Shown piece by piece: positions 22,870 to 33,784 of a DNA stretch of 64,000 bases. Within the stretch, counting starts at the first letter, position 1; each line of letters begins with the position of its first letter. The notes below the pieces were generated by a model, which had not been told where the DNA came from, did no database searches, and was given only the letters and a program-made list of their open reading frames with translations. Source of the stretch: Anaerolineae bacterium (GTDB taxonomy: Bacteria > Chloroflexota > Anaerolineae > B4-G1 > DUEL01); assembly GCA_041082215.1 (NCBI GenBank), contig JBDOIF010000049.1:1-64000 (forward strand), written 5' to 3'. The position numbers and the translations under genes are program-made.

Positions 22870-23994
22870 TTATACCCCGCCGCCACCGATACGGACCCGC
22901 GGGTCCAGGACGGCATAGATGAGGTCCAGCAGAAAGACTGTGATGGCCAGCAGGTAAGCGAAGATCACCGTGGAGCCGACGATGACCGGCACGTCGAACA
23001 GGCCGACGGCCTGATAGAGCGTCCGGCCCAGCCCTGGCCAGTTGAACACCGTCTCAAAAATGGGGGCTCCCATCCACATGCCGATCACCGTCAGCATAAA
23101 GTTGGTCACAATCGTGGGCAGGGTGGGCCGCAGGATATACCGCCGTTCGATCGCCCGTCCGCTGAGCCCCTTGGCCTTCGCCAGCTCTACGTAGTCCTCG
23201 CTGGAATAAATCAGGAAGAAGGTGCGCCAACTGTAGACGCTGATGAAGATGGAACTGACGAACAGCGCCATAATGGGCAGGATCAGGTGCTTTCCCACGC
23301 TGAGCGCGTAAAGCATAGGGGTCTGAGGCGGCGGAGCATCCACAAGATCGCCGAAGGGGAGGAGCCGCAGCCATCCGGCGAAGATAACGATGAGGAAAAG
23401 CCCGTAGAACCAGCCCGGAGCTGATGAACTCGGCGAGAGCACGACAAAGACCTTATCCCAGAAGCTGCCGTACTGACGCGAAAGGATCAGGGCAACAAAG
23501 AGACTGAAGAAAAAGATGAAAAGGTCCGCCGTGGCAAAGAGCAAAAGCGTGACGGGGAGACGTTCCAGCAGGATCAGCTTCACCTGCCGGGACCCGGAGT
23601 TGCTGGTCATCATTTGAGCAAATCCAAGTCGCAAAGTAAGCGCATTTTGCAGAAAACGGAAACTCCGGATCAGGAAGGGCTGGTCCAGGCCCAGCCGATG
23701 TTCCTGCAGCCGGATCCTCGCCTCTATCATTGCCCGTCGGGCCTCTGGCCCGATATTGCGGAGGGCTGGATCGTTCATGACCTGCATGCTGATCGTCTCC
23801 CGCAGCTCACCCCGGCGGATCTCGTCCACGTACCCTCCCATATTGGCGATCAGGACGGTCAGGTAGATCCCGACCATCACCATAATGAAAAGGGTCACTC
23901 CGCGGACGGCCGTATAACGGGCCAGGCGGGTCAGTGTCGTCTGGGTCCAGCTCCGTGCTTTTACTCGCGAAACAGCCCAAGCGCTTTCTGCCAT
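22870..23994 (-). CDS. oppB: ABC transporter permease (OppB-like)
   Basis: EDYVELAKAKGL, ETVFNWPGLG, LDPRVR. Confidence 0.9.
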   Translation of the reverse strand: MAESAWAVSRVKARSWTQTTLTRLARYTAVRGVTLFIMVMVGIYLTVLIANMGGYVDEIRRGELRETISMQVMNDPALRNIGPEARRAMIEARIRLQEHRLGLDQPFLIRSFRFLQNALTLRLGFAQMMTSNSGSRQVKLILLERLPVTLLLFATADLFIFFFSLFVALILSRQYGSFWDKVFVVLSPSSSAPGWFYGLFLIVIFAGWLRLLPFGDLVDAPPPQTPMLYALSVGKHLILPIMALFVSSIFISVYSWRTFFLIYSSEDYVELAKAKGLSGRAIERRYILRPTLPTIVTNFMLTVIGMWMGAPIFETVFNWPGLGRTLYQAVGLFDVPVIVGSTVIFAYLLAITVFLLDLIYAVLDPRVRIGGGGV

Positions 23995-24041
23995 TTTCTC
24001 ACCTTCTCAGGAACTCAAACGATAGAGCGTTATTGTAGAAA

Positions 24042-24093
24042 GGCCCGGTAGGGGCTACTGGCTGCTTCCGACTGCCCCAGCCCCCACCGGGCC
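24042..24093 (-). terminator. Stem-loop between oppA and oppB (mRNA stabiliser/attenuator)
   Basis: GGCCCGGT.GGGGCT ... AGCCCC.ACCGGGCC inverted repeat; no long U-tract. Confidence 0.5.
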
Positions 24094-24115
24094 TGGATCT
24101 GTGGCGAGCAGCCGC

Positions 24116-26659
24116 CTACGGGGTAGCGATCACGAACTCCATCACGCCATAGGACGGTGTGCTGACCATGGAGGAGGTCACCGCCACCTCCAGCTTCGCC
24201 GCACCCGCCGGGAAGCCGGACGTGACATCGCCGCTCAGGACGATCTGGTAGTGGCCTTCCTCGACCATCTGGGCATCGCCGCTGGTCAGCAGGTTGCCCT
24301 GGCTGTCGAAGATCAGGTACTTGACGGCCGTCAGCTCGTCCGCCGGATACGGTTCCTCCTCAAAGGTCACGTAGACGTCGTAGGTAGCCTCCTGGCCCGC
24401 CACTACCTGTCCGGCGCCGTCCACCTCAACCGTGGCGATCTTGGGCACGCCGAAGCCCGCCCACTTCTCCGCCAGGTCCGGATAGGCATCGTTGTGCTTG
24501 AGCACCAGGACCCTGGCTGTGGTGTCCACCTGGGCCAGGTAGAACGGGCCAGTGCCGACCCAGAAGTGGCCGTACTGGTCGTACCACTGGGACAGGTTGG
24601 CGTAGCGGGCTGCAGCCTCCTCCGCCGTCACGAACTGCCCCAACGTCGGCTCGTAGGGGATGAACTGCTCCGCCGCCGCCTGATCCAGGTACTTCTTCAG
24701 CACCTCCAGGCTTGGCCCGGCGACGAAGGACATCCACTCCACCTGCAGCGCATCAGCCTTGTCGGCGGTGAAGGCCAGCTCCTGGTTGGACTCGGCCAGA
24801 TAGCCCAGCGCCAGAGTGTGCCACGGCGCCTGACCCTGGGAGTAGTACGGCCACCAGGTGGTCACGGTGTTCTCCGCGTCCAGAGCGAACAGGTCGTCGT
24901 AGGTCTCGATGACCAGCGGGTCGGTGGAGACGATGCGGACCCCCTTGAAGTGGCTCAGGTAGTTCTCCACGTTGGGAACCTGGGCCTCGTCGTAGATAGC
25001 GCTGCCCTCCTTGCCGGGGTCGAAGGTCAGGATCATCCCCATCACGAAGTCGGCCACGCTCAGGGGGCTGCCATCGTGCCACTTGACCTTCTCGAAGAGG
25101 TCGGCCGGGTAGTAGACCGTCGCCTTGACGTTGGCGGTCAACCCGTCGGGGAACGCCTCGCCCGCGGTGATGAAGCGCTGCTCCACCGGATCCCAGTCCA
25201 CCCAGGCGTCGGCCGGCACCTCGATCTGGTCGGCGAACTGGAGGTCCACCCAGTCCAGGGTCTTGGCCACGGGCAGGCCGGTCCTGACCACCACTTCGGC
25301 CCGCTCGATGCGGTTGGGCCGGGCCAGGCCGGTGTACGGGTCGGAGACGACGCCGTATTCACCCAGGCCGCGCTGGACATCGGTGTCGTAGACCCAGTTG
25401 GAGCCGCCGATGGGGTTCCACGGCTCGATCAGCACGTCCGGCTGCCCCCACCGCACCCGACCGCCCACCTGGTCCTTCCAGCGCATGGTGAAGGGCCACA
25501 ACTGGGAACCCTCCACGCCGCCAGCCAGGTCGGCCGCCACTTCCAGCTTCGCCAGGCGCGGGGTGAAGGCGTTCTGGTCGTTCAGCCAGATACGCACCGA
25601 GTCCTGGAGGCACAGCTCCATTGCCCGGCGGAACAGCTCGCCGCGCTCCTCCATCGTGGAGAAGTCGTTGTTTGCCAGCCGCTGGGCGACATCGAAGAAC
25701 TCCTCGGTGGGGGTGTATGCCTGCCAGAGTGGGTCCGGCCGGCCCAGGTTGGTGTAGAAGTAAGCGAAGTTAGAGCCGGCATCCCGCTCCACCGCCGTGG
25801 TGATCCACCCACCCGTGTAGAGGTTCCAGAGCCCCTCGGCCGGGTCCGAACCGATCCAGATCGGGCTGGCTTCGGTGCGGGTCTTGTACTGGCGGTCCAC
25901 GGTGAAGCCCAGCGCCTCCAACTGGTTGGCCACATAGTCGCCGATGTCCTTTCGTTCGTCCTCCGTCCGGATAACGAAGGCAAGGACGATAGGCTCACCG
26001 TTGTAGGTCCACTTCCCATCGGCTCCCAGCTCGGCGCCCAGTTCGGTCATCCGCGCAGTGATGACCTCCCGCGCCCGGTCCAGGTTGTAGGCGTACCTGG
26101 CCTCCAGGGCCCGCACGGTGTCAATGTACCGGGCGTAGTCCGGGAAGGCGGAGACCAGGGGCAGGAGCTTGGTGGTCGCCAGGCCGCCGAAGATCTCCTG
26201 GACGACATAGTTGCGGTCCACCGCCCAGTTCATGGCCTCGCGGATCTGGGGATCGCCGAAGGGGTTCAGCCGCCCGTCGTTGAAGGTGAGGATGGGGTTG
26301 AAGGTGATCTCGTTGTAGGAGCCGAAGGACATCGAGTAGGCGAGATCGGGGTTGGCCTGCAGCCGGGCGAAATCCTCCGCCGAGCTGATCCCGTGGCCAT
26401 AGAGGTCAATATCTCCACCTTCCAGGCGGGGGAGGGCGTTTTCATCGGACTCTATCGCGGTGAAGACGACCTCATCCACCCAGGCGCCGTAGCGAGGCGG
26501 TGGGGTGGGGGTAGGTGGCAACTCGGTCGGCGCCTCTGTGGGGGCCTCTGTGGGGGCCTCTGTGGGAGGCGCAGTGGGGGTGGGGCTCGGCTTACAGGCG
26601 GACAGCACCAGGACAACCGCCGTCAGAAGCCCCATGGCCAGCATCCATTTCTTAGCCAT
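24116..26659 (-). CDS. oppA: ABC transporter substrate-binding lipoprotein, family 5
   Basis: Lipobox VLSAC, PTEA repeats, NPFGDPQIREAMNWAVDR, KWHDGSPLSVADF. Confidence 0.9.
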   Translation of the reverse strand: MAKKWMLAMGLLTAVVLVLSACKPSPTPTAPPTEAPTEAPTEAPTELPPTPTPPPRYGAWVDEVVFTAIESDENALPRLEGGDIDLYGHGISSAEDFARLQANPDLAYSMSFGSYNEITFNPILTFNDGRLNPFGDPQIREAMNWAVDRNYVVQEIFGGLATTKLLPLVSAFPDYARYIDTVRALEARYAYNLDRAREVITARMTELGAELGADGKWTYNGEPIVLAFVIRTEDERKDIGDYVANQLEALGFTVDRQYKTRTEASPIWIGSDPAEGLWNLYTGGWITTAVERDAGSNFAYFYTNLGRPDPLWQAYTPTEEFFDVAQRLANNDFSTMEERGELFRRAMELCLQDSVRIWLNDQNAFTPRLAKLEVAADLAGGVEGSQLWPFTMRWKDQVGGRVRWGQPDVLIEPWNPIGGSNWVYDTDVQRGLGEYGVVSDPYTGLARPNRIERAEVVVRTGLPVAKTLDWVDLQFADQIEVPADAWVDWDPVEQRFITAGEAFPDGLTANVKATVYYPADLFEKVKWHDGSPLSVADFVMGMILTFDPGKEGSAIYDEAQVPNVENYLSHFKGVRIVSTDPLVIETYDDLFALDAENTVTTWWPYYSQGQAPWHTLALGYLAESNQELAFTADKADALQVEWMSFVAGPSLEVLKKYLDQAAAEQFIPYEPTLGQFVTAEEAAARYANLSQWYDQYGHFWVGTGPFYLAQVDTTARVLVLKHNDAYPDLAEKWAGFGVPKIATVEVDGAGQVVAGQEATYDVYVTFEEEPYPADELTAVKYLIFDSQGNLLTSGDAQMVEEGHYQIVLSGDVTSGFPAGAAKLEVAVTSSMVSTPSYGVMEFVIATP

Positions 26660-26781
26660 TGCTTCTCCTCCTTAAGATTTCTGGTGTTTCTATTTCGCGC
26701 TTGTCAGGGATTCTCCTACGGCTTTTTCAACGCGCCCCTCTTCCCAATGCATCACCTCCTCTCCAGAATCTCCAGCCTGAT

Positions 26782-26845
26782 ATTATATCTGGATCAACGT
26801 TTCGGTCAAATCTGCCGGTCCTGAAGTTCGGACGTAAGTTCGGAC
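26782..26845 (-). promoter_or_regulatory. oppA promoter with upstream 10-bp direct repeat
   Basis: Minus strand TTGACC-16-TATAAT (26809-26782); AAGTTCGGAC at 26824-26833 and 26836-26845. Confidence 0.6.
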
Positions 26846-26870
26846 ACAAACGCTCATCGGCCGTTTCTGA

Positions 26871-26916
26871 CCTCACCCCCACCCCCTAACCTCCCGGCAA
26901 GGGGGAGAGGGTGAGG
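26871..26916. repeat. CCTCACCC...GGGTGAGG palindromic repeat (REP-like)
   Basis: Same end motif as 18472-18514 and 59381-59423. Confidence 0.6.
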
Positions 26917-26950
26917 TCGGCCCTTCCACCCCTGAGCAAACCTCCCAATA

Positions 26951-29323
26951 TTATATACTACCAACCTGCCCTTCCGGTTCAAAACTTTTCCGGCCCCATC
27001 GCCCCCAGGACCACAGACGGCGGATCCGGACCCTGCGGGAGAGGGAACGCACAACCCGACCGGCCTGAAGGGCAGCCCACGGGCTGCCGGGACGGGGGCT
27101 GTAGAGGGCGACCTGATACTCGGCCAGAAGCCTCTGCAGGTCGGCCGCGGCGGAGGGGAGAAGCTGCTGCAGCCGCGCGACCCGCTCCGCCGGGGTATCG
27201 GCAGGGGAGGGCGGCGCGCCCAGGCGGGCCAGCGCCCGGTTGACCTCCTCGTAGGCCCTCAGCAACGGCGGAAGGCCCGCCCGCCAGGCCCAGCGGCGCA
27301 GCGGAGCCGGGACGGGCAGCCCCACCCGACGCAGCCCGGCCTCCACCAGTACTGGAAGAGGGTGCCAGACCACCCGCCGCCGGAGAACCCTTCCCGTGGC
27401 CAGGAGAGGGAGCAGGACCAGCAGGATCAACAACAACGCACCGTACAACGCCGGCCTTCGGGCAGCAGGAGGGGTCCCTGCAAACTCCTCCTCCGGAAGC
27501 TCCATCTCCTCCATCTCCGGGAACCGCCCCAATGGCCGCCGCCGCCCTTCCTCACCCTGCGGGGCCGGGGGTCCCTCCCCCACCCTGCCCTCGACGCTCC
27601 CCAATGGACGCTGGATCTCCGGCTGGGAGACGGTCGGCTCGAACTCCACCCAGCCGATGCCGGGGAAATAAACCTCCGGCCAGGCGTGGCTGTCCTTTTG
27701 CCGAACCCGGTAGATGTCGCCCTGCCTCTCCCCTGTGGCGTAGCCTGCGGCCAGCCGGGCCGGGATACCCACGGCCCGCAGCAGAACGACCTCAGCGGTG
27801 GCATAGTAGGTGCAGAAACCCTCCCGCAGGTCGAAGAGGAACCAGTCCACCGGCTCCCGCCCGGACGGCAACGGAGGAACCGTCTCACGATACCGGATGG
27901 AAAGCCGGAGGTAACGGGTGACGGCGACAGCCACATCGTAGGGAGTCTCCTGGCCGGCAGCGATCTGTCGAGCCAGTTCCAGCGTGCGTGGGGTGATCTC
28001 CGGCGGCAGTTGCAGGTAACGCCGGATGACCCAACCGGGGTACTCCGCGCCCGCCCCCCGAAGCTGGGCGACGGTGGGGGCGCTGAGGGAGGCGCGGACC
28101 CGATAGGACGTCCCCGCCTGCAGGTAGGGGTCGGCCTGGACGGCGATCAGGTCCACTGTGCCGTCGGGATTGGGGGCCAGAACGGCCCGGGCAGGCTGGC
28201 TCACCCAGACGGGCTGCGAAGGGGCATAGAGGGTCAGAATAGGCATCGCTGTAGTGACGGTGAAAGTAGCCGTCCATCGGCCCTCCGCCCCATGGAGGCC
28301 CTGGGCAGTGAGGGAAGGGACGACAGGCGAGGTGAGGGCCGTCTCATTGCTCCATACCCCGCTGGCATAGCTGTCGTATGTGCGGGCACGCCAGTAGTAT
28401 CGGACCCCCGGGGCAGGTGATGGTGGAGCCTGGACTGTCAGCAGGAGGGTCTCCCCCAGCTTCCGCCCCCGCCCCAGCGCCAGTTGGGGGCCGTAAGCCT
28501 CGACCGCCACGCCGCCGGTGCCGCGCACGGCAGCGAAGGCCCTGTTCAGCGGCTCCCGTAGAGGCTCCCAGAAGTGGTTCAGCTCATCCCGGATCCGTTC
28601 CGCCGGGGGCAGAGCGCGGGCCAACCCGGGCAGCCCCCAGGCCACCAGAAGCAGTGCCGCCACCACCACCAGCGAGATCCGGCCCAGGTCCAGGCCGGCA
28701 TACGGGGGCACCAGGGTGCGTGTCTCCTGCCAGCGGGCACGACGGCTCAGATAGGTTGTATGGGCCACCAGCAAGAGGGAAAAGAAGAGATAAGCCGCCA
28801 GGTAGCCTGCACGGGAGGAAATGGGGTCATAGACCTGGATGACCAGCACGGCCAGGCCAGGGGGGAGGATCGCCCGCCAGGGGTCCGCCCGACGGGCCAG
28901 AGCATATCCAGCGTGAACCCCCAGGAGCCAGGAAAGCCCCCCAACCAGTGCCAGGAAGAACAGCGGGTCGAGCACCGACTCCTGTCCCACCAGTTGGGCG
29001 AAGGAGGAGGCCAGCCGACGGGCCACCTCGATCCAGCGTTCCCGCCAGGCGATGTCCTGCTCCAGTGTCAGTCCGAGCTGCCAGGGGAGGATCAGCGCCC
29101 CGTAAGCCAGGGCGAGAACAGCGGCCCAGCCGGAGGGGAAACGGCTCGAACCGAGCGCCAGGCCGAGGGCGGCCCCCAGAAGGGCAAGCGACGACGCGAG
29201 GGTCAGGTGGTCGGTCCAATCGGTGATGAGGAGACGGGTGGAGGCGGTGAGAAGCGCCGCCATCAGGAGAAAGGCGGCCCCCGCATCCCAGGTCTTGCCT
29301 TCTCCGGCCGGGCGCCACCTCAT
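26951..29323 (-). CDS. Membrane transglutaminase-like protein (TgpA/DUF3488-DUF4129 type)
   Basis: YYWRARTYD, EGFCTYYATA, GIPARLAAGY, HAWPEVYFPGIGWVEFEPT. Confidence 0.9.
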   Translation of the reverse strand: MRWRPAGEGKTWDAGAAFLLMAALLTASTRLLITDWTDHLTLASSLALLGAALGLALGSSRFPSGWAAVLALAYGALILPWQLGLTLEQDIAWRERWIEVARRLASSFAQLVGQESVLDPLFFLALVGGLSWLLGVHAGYALARRADPWRAILPPGLAVLVIQVYDPISSRAGYLAAYLFFSLLLVAHTTYLSRRARWQETRTLVPPYAGLDLGRISLVVVAALLLVAWGLPGLARALPPAERIRDELNHFWEPLREPLNRAFAAVRGTGGVAVEAYGPQLALGRGRKLGETLLLTVQAPPSPAPGVRYYWRARTYDSYASGVWSNETALTSPVVPSLTAQGLHGAEGRWTATFTVTTAMPILTLYAPSQPVWVSQPARAVLAPNPDGTVDLIAVQADPYLQAGTSYRVRASLSAPTVAQLRGAGAEYPGWVIRRYLQLPPEITPRTLELARQIAAGQETPYDVAVAVTRYLRLSIRYRETVPPLPSGREPVDWFLFDLREGFCTYYATAEVVLLRAVGIPARLAAGYATGERQGDIYRVRQKDSHAWPEVYFPGIGWVEFEPTVSQPEIQRPLGSVEGRVGEGPPAPQGEEGRRRPLGRFPEMEEMELPEEEFAGTPPAARRPALYGALLLILLVLLPLLATGRVLRRRVVWHPLPVLVEAGLRRVGLPVPAPLRRWAWRAGLPPLLRAYEEVNRALARLGAPPSPADTPAERVARLQQLLPSAAADLQRLLAEYQVALYSPRPGSPWAALQAGRVVRSLSRRVRIRRLWSWGRWGRKSFEPEGQVGSI

Positions 29324-29336
29324 CGAACCTGCCCTC

Positions 29337-30653
29337 CTAGACCTGCGACACAGCCCACCGTCGGGTCGGCAGGGGAAGCTCTGCGTCGGGCACGGCAGAG
29401 GCAAACCGGCCCGGTATCTCTCTCAGATCATCCCCGCAGGCGATCCGACAGGCTGGCACGCCCATCCCCACCAGGACCCTTATCAGCTCTGCTGTGCCCT
29501 CCGCTCCCCCAAAGGAAGCGGCGTCCAGCAGGAGGACCACCGGCCGCAGCGCCCTGCGCAGAAGCAGGTCCACCGCCACAACGACCTCCTCCCCCACAGT
29601 CGGGGTGATCAGGACCACGGTGTTCCCACGGGGGAGATGTCGGGCCTGGACGGTAACCAGGGCCAGGAGGGAGAGGTCCCCTTCGGCGCGGAAGATTGCC
29701 AGGGCCTCCAGCAGCTTGAGCAATTGCCGCCCGCCCCGGTCGGGGGGGATTACCTGAAGAGAAGAGCCGCCGCCGACCATTCCCACGGCCCGCCCTCTAC
29801 GTAGAAAGTGATGCCCCAGCGATGCGGCCATGCTCACCGCGTATTCTTCCGTGGAGGGAGGGAGCTCCACCTGTACCAGGGGGTGCCACAGCGCATCGGC
29901 ATACCGGTTAAGGGGAGGATGAGGAAGGACGGCCTGCACGTTCCGCGCTCCATCTACGAAAAGCCAGACCTCAGAACGGGGGTCCAGCTCGAATTCCTTG
30001 ACCATCAGCCGCTCCCGCCGCGCGGTGCTGGGCCAGTGGATGCGGCCCGGAGGGTCGCCGGGGGCGTACTCCCGCACAGTGGCCGCGTTGGGGGTGACCT
30101 GCTGGGTGCGGCGACGGAGCGCCTCCCCACCGGGCAGCAATCCGGACGGATAGGGGAATCCCTCCATCTCCACCGTCATCGGATACACCACCAGGGAGCC
30201 TTCCGGGGGGACCACGCGCCGGACCGGGAAGAGGCCGAAGAGGTCACCGGAGACGATCTCCGTCGGCCCCAGGGAGAAGACGCCCCGCTGGACCAGACGG
30301 GTGCGGGTCAGGTAGGACCGGCGCTCCCCGCCCCTCAGGACGACCAGCACACGGGAGCCCCGGGAGCCGGGGAGGGAGGAGCCGTCGCGGACCTCCAGCC
30401 ACGCGCAGGGGAGGCGGCCCGCATTGTGGACCTCAAACCGCTCGTCGAAGACCTGCCCCACCTGGGCGCGGCGGACACGCGCCTGGCGGTGCACCCGAAT
30501 CCCGCGCAGCGCCAGCCGGGACCAGAGCCAGCCGACCACCAGAAGCCCTCCCCACAGGTAGCTCAGGCGGGCGTAAAGAGGACCGCCGGTGACGGCGAGG
30601 GCCAGCAGGCTCAGCGCCAGAAGCCCCACCACGACCCGGAGGGACGGACTCAT
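29337..30653 (-). CDS. DUF58 domain protein
   Basis: [28 protein letters not shown]. Confidence 0.92.
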   Translation of the reverse strand: MSPSLRVVVGLLALSLLALAVTGGPLYARLSYLWGGLLVVGWLWSRLALRGIRVHRQARVRRAQVGQVFDERFEVHNAGRLPCAWLEVRDGSSLPGSRGSRVLVVLRGGERRSYLTRTRLVQRGVFSLGPTEIVSGDLFGLFPVRRVVPPEGSLVVYPMTVEMEGFPYPSGLLPGGEALRRRTQQVTPNAATVREYAPGDPPGRIHWPSTARRERLMVKEFELDPRSEVWLFVDGARNVQAVLPHPPLNRYADALWHPLVQVELPPSTEEYAVSMAASLGHHFLRRGRAVGMVGGGSSLQVIPPDRGGRQLLKLLEALAIFRAEGDLSLLALVTVQARHLPRGNTVVLITPTVGEEVVVAVDLLLRRALRPVVLLLDAASFGGAEGTAELIRVLVGMGVPACRIACGDDLREIPGRFASAVPDAELPLPTRRWAVSQV

Positions 30654-31609
30654 CCCCCTTCCTCTCGCAGATCCCCTCCTGGCACCGGCACCTTTTTCAC
30701 CATCTCCTCCACGACCTGCTCTGCATCCAGGTCCCGCAGACGAGCAGTTGGCGCCAGGATGATGCGGTGGGCCAGGGCAGGCAGGGCCAGGCTCTTCACG
30801 TCGTCGGGCAGCACGAAATCCCGCCCCCGGATCGCCGCCAGGGCCTGCCCCGCCCGGTAGAGGGTCAGGCTTCCACGCGGGCTGGCCCCCAGTTGGACCT
30901 CGGGGTGCACCCGTGTCTGGCGCACCAGCTCGACGATATACCGTTTCACAGACGGCGCGACATACACCGCCCGGATCGCCTCCTGGGCCTCGATGATCTC
31001 CTCGGCCGAGACCACCGGCTCCAGCTCCTCGATCGGATGGCGGAACTGCTGCCGCTCCAGAATCCGCACCTCGTCCGCCGTCGCTGGATACCCCAGGCGG
31101 ACCCGCAGCAGGAACCGGTCCAGTTGGGCTTCAGGCAGGGGGAAGGTTCCCTCGTACTCGATGGGGTTCTGGGTCGCCAGCACCATAAAGGGCCGGGGGA
31201 GGGGATGGGTCACGCTATCCACCGTGACCTGCCGCTCCTCCATCGCCTCCAGGAGGGCGGCCTGGGTTTTGGGGGTGGCGCGGTTGATCTCATCGGCCAG
31301 GACGATCTGGGCCATCACTGGCCCGGGGCGGAACTCGAACTGGCGGGTCACCTGGTTGAAGATCGAAACGCCGGTGACATCGCTGGGGAGCATATCGGGG
31401 GTGAACTGAATGCGGCCGAAGGAGCATCCCAGCGAGCGGGCCAGGCTCCGCGCCAGCATCGTCTTCCCCACTCCAGGGACATCCTCGATCAACAGATGCC
31501 CCTGGCAAAGCAGGCCGATCACCGTCAGCTCCACCACCTCCCGCTTGCCGACGATGACCCGTTCGATATTGGCGATGACCCGATCTGCGAAGGCCTGGAC
31601 TCCGGACAC
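30650..31609 (-). CDS. moxR: MoxR family AAA+ ATPase
   Basis: [43 protein letters not shown]. Confidence 0.95.
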   Translation of the reverse strand: MSGVQAFADRVIANIERVIVGKREVVELTVIGLLCQGHLLIEDVPGVGKTMLARSLARSLGCSFGRIQFTPDMLPSDVTGVSIFNQVTRQFEFRPGPVMAQIVLADEINRATPKTQAALLEAMEERQVTVDSVTHPLPRPFMVLATQNPIEYEGTFPLPEAQLDRFLLRVRLGYPATADEVRILERQQFRHPIEELEPVVSAEEIIEAQEAIRAVYVAPSVKRYIVELVRQTRVHPEVQLGASPRGSLTLYRAGQALAAIRGRDFVLPDDVKSLALPALAHRIILAPTARLRDLDAEQVVEEMVKKVPVPGGDLREEGG

Positions 31610-31684
31610 AGACGGTCCCTCCTGGCAACAGGCCCCCGATCCCATCCCTCAGGGGAAGCCAGCCTGGCTTGAAGAAGCCCCTGT

Positions 31685-32893
31685 CTATCTGGAGATACGC
31701 CAGATCTCTTCCTGAGGTTCGCTCAGGTACTCCGCCCCGTCGGGGGTGACCAGCACATCCTCCTCGCAGCCGATGTAGCCATAGCCCGGCACGTAGACCC
31801 CCAGCTCGATGGCGAAGACGTTGCCGGCCTCGACGATCCCCTCTATGCTTTTGCCGTACCGTTCCCATTTCGGCCCCAGGACGGTGGAGCCGTCGTGGGC
31901 GTTGCGGCCAATGTGGTGGCCGAAGGCATGCCTGTACTCCGGATAACCTGCCTCCACCAGGGTCTGGCGGGCGACGGCATCCACCTCCCATCCCCTGACC
32001 CCCGGCCTGAGCATCGCGCGGCCCGCCTCCAGCGCCGTCCGTGCGGCCTGCCAGGCCCGCTCCACCTCCTCGGGCAGCTCCCCCTCGTCCGCCCGGCAGA
32101 AGTACATCGTTCGCTGCAGGTCGGCCACGAACCCTTCCCGCCGGACCCCGAAGTCAATCTGCAACAGGCACCCCTCCCGGATTCTGTAGTCGCCCGGCAT
32201 CCGGTGGCCAAAGGATGCATCGGGGCCGGCGCAGACCACCGGGCAGTACTCCCACTCCCAGGCCGTACCCAGCCCTCGCTCTTCTACCGTCTCGTGGATG
32301 AAGGCCGCGATCTCCCGTTCCGTCATCCCCGGACGCACCAGGGCCCTCACCTCCCGCAACACTCCCTCTGTGGCCCCGATAGCTGCCCGGATCCGATCCA
32401 CCTCGGCGGGGGTTTTGCGCCCCCGCAGGGCCGCGATCACCTCCTCTGCCGACACCAGTCGGGCGGCGTACTCCGTGCCGGCGAGGATGTTGGCGATCGT
32501 CCGGAACATCCCATGCGTCAGCCCATCGGCTGCGGGGTCGCTCTCGGAGAAGTTGAGGCCGATCTGGCGGGGGTTGAGCCGGCGGACCTCCGCAAGCAGA
32601 GGGGCGCGGAGCGACTCGTCGTAGCCGATCACCCGGGTATAACCGCCGATACTCTGGATGTTGTCCACATCGTAGCGGCCCACAATAGCGATCCGCTCTC
32701 CCGTTCGGCTCACCATCAACGCTGAATGCCACGTCAGATCGAAGCCGACGAGCAGATCGAGGCAGGGGTCCTTGACCTGGGTCGTCTCCCGCACGAAGGT
32801 GATCCACAGGTCCAGCCCCTTCTCCCGCAGGATTTCCACCGCCTGATCCAGTTTTTCCCTTACCACAGCAAATGCGTCAATCTCAGGGTACAC
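31685..32893 (-). CDS. M24 family Xaa-Pro aminopeptidase
   Basis: IDFG, ADLQRT, HAFGHHIG..AHD, AIE.G, EEDVLVT. Confidence 0.92.
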   Translation of the reverse strand: MYPEIDAFAVVREKLDQAVEILREKGLDLWITFVRETTQVKDPCLDLLVGFDLTWHSALMVSRTGERIAIVGRYDVDNIQSIGGYTRVIGYDESLRAPLLAEVRRLNPRQIGLNFSESDPAADGLTHGMFRTIANILAGTEYAARLVSAEEVIAALRGRKTPAEVDRIRAAIGATEGVLREVRALVRPGMTEREIAAFIHETVEERGLGTAWEWEYCPVVCAGPDASFGHRMPGDYRIREGCLLQIDFGVRREGFVADLQRTMYFCRADEGELPEEVERAWQAARTALEAGRAMLRPGVRGWEVDAVARQTLVEAGYPEYRHAFGHHIGRNAHDGSTVLGPKWERYGKSIEGIVEAGNVFAIELGVYVPGYGYIGCEEDVLVTPDGAEYLSEPQEEIWRISR

Positions 32894-32932
32894 GATCCTC
32901 TCCTCACCCAGAATTCCAGGCCCAATGCCCGG

Positions 32933-33784
32933 TTATTCGTTTCCCACAATGCGCTCGTAGATGCTTTCCAGCTCCTCTTCGGAGTAGTAGTAGATGATCA
33001 ACCGTCCGCCCTTTTTTCCGGGGGCCAGGCGGACCCGGGTGCCGAGCGCCTCGCGCAGACGGTCTTCCACCGCCCGAACCTCCGGGGCCGGTTCTGGAGC
33101 TGCTGGGCGGGCCTGCCTGCCGCTGAGCAGCCGCTGCACCAGCTCCTCCGTCTGTCGCACGCTGAGCTGTCTTCGCAGGACCGTGCGCAGGGCAGCAGCC
33201 TGGAGTTCAGGGGATTCCAGGGAAAGGAGTGCCCGCGCGTGCCCCTGGGAGATCTTCCCGTTCAGGAGCGCTTCCTTCACCGGCTCCGCAGCCTTCAGCA
33301 GGCGGAGGGTGTTGGTGATCGCCACCCGGCTTTTCCCCACCCTCCGGGCCACCTCCTCGTGGGTCAGCCCGAACCCCTCGATCAACTGCTGGTAGGCCGC
33401 CGCCTCCTCCAGCGGGTTCAGGTCCTCCCGCTGGAGGTTCTCCACCAGCGCCAGCTCCAGCATCTCGTGGGGCGCCACGTCCTTGACGATCACCGGCACG
33501 GTCGGGAGGCCGGCCAGCCGGGCGGCCCGCCAGCGTCGCTCTCCGGCGATCAGCCGATATCCATCCCCCTCCCGCGCCACGATCAACGGCTGAATCACAC
33601 CGTGGGCCTGGATGGAAGCCGCCAGTTCCACCAGGTCCTGATCCCGGATCGCCGAGCGGGGCTGGTGGGGGTTGGGGCGGATCGCCGTCAGCTCCACCTC
33701 CAGCACGCCAGCAGCCTCCCTCTCCCCCTCTACGGGGATCAGTGCCTCCAGCCCCTTCCCCAGACCGATCTTACGGGGTGGCAT
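32933..33784 (-). CDS. parB: ParB/Spo0J chromosome partitioning protein
   Basis: [37 protein letters not shown]. Confidence 0.96.
   Translation of the reverse strand: MPPRKIGLGKGLEALIPVEGEREAAGVLEVELTAIRPNPHQPRSAIRDQDLVELAASIQAHGVIQPLIVAREGDGYRLIAGERRWRAARLAGLPTVPVIVKDVAPHEMLELALVENLQREDLNPLEEAAAYQQLIEGFGLTHEEVARRVGKSRVAITNTLRLLKAAEPVKEALLNGKISQGHARALLSLESPELQAAALRTVLRRQLSVRQTEELVQRLLSGRQARPAAPEPAPEVRAVEDRLREALGTRVRLAPGKKGGRLIIYYYSEEELESIYERIVGNE

Noticed and set aside
26520..26575. 12-bp tandem repeat
   Set aside because: Encodes an ordinary PTEA lipoprotein linker
24101..26824. 907-aa plus-strand ORF
   Set aside because: Antisense shadow of oppA caused by high-GC codon bias; the same applies to 50654-52795, 12279-13901, 4785-6437 and similar ORFs
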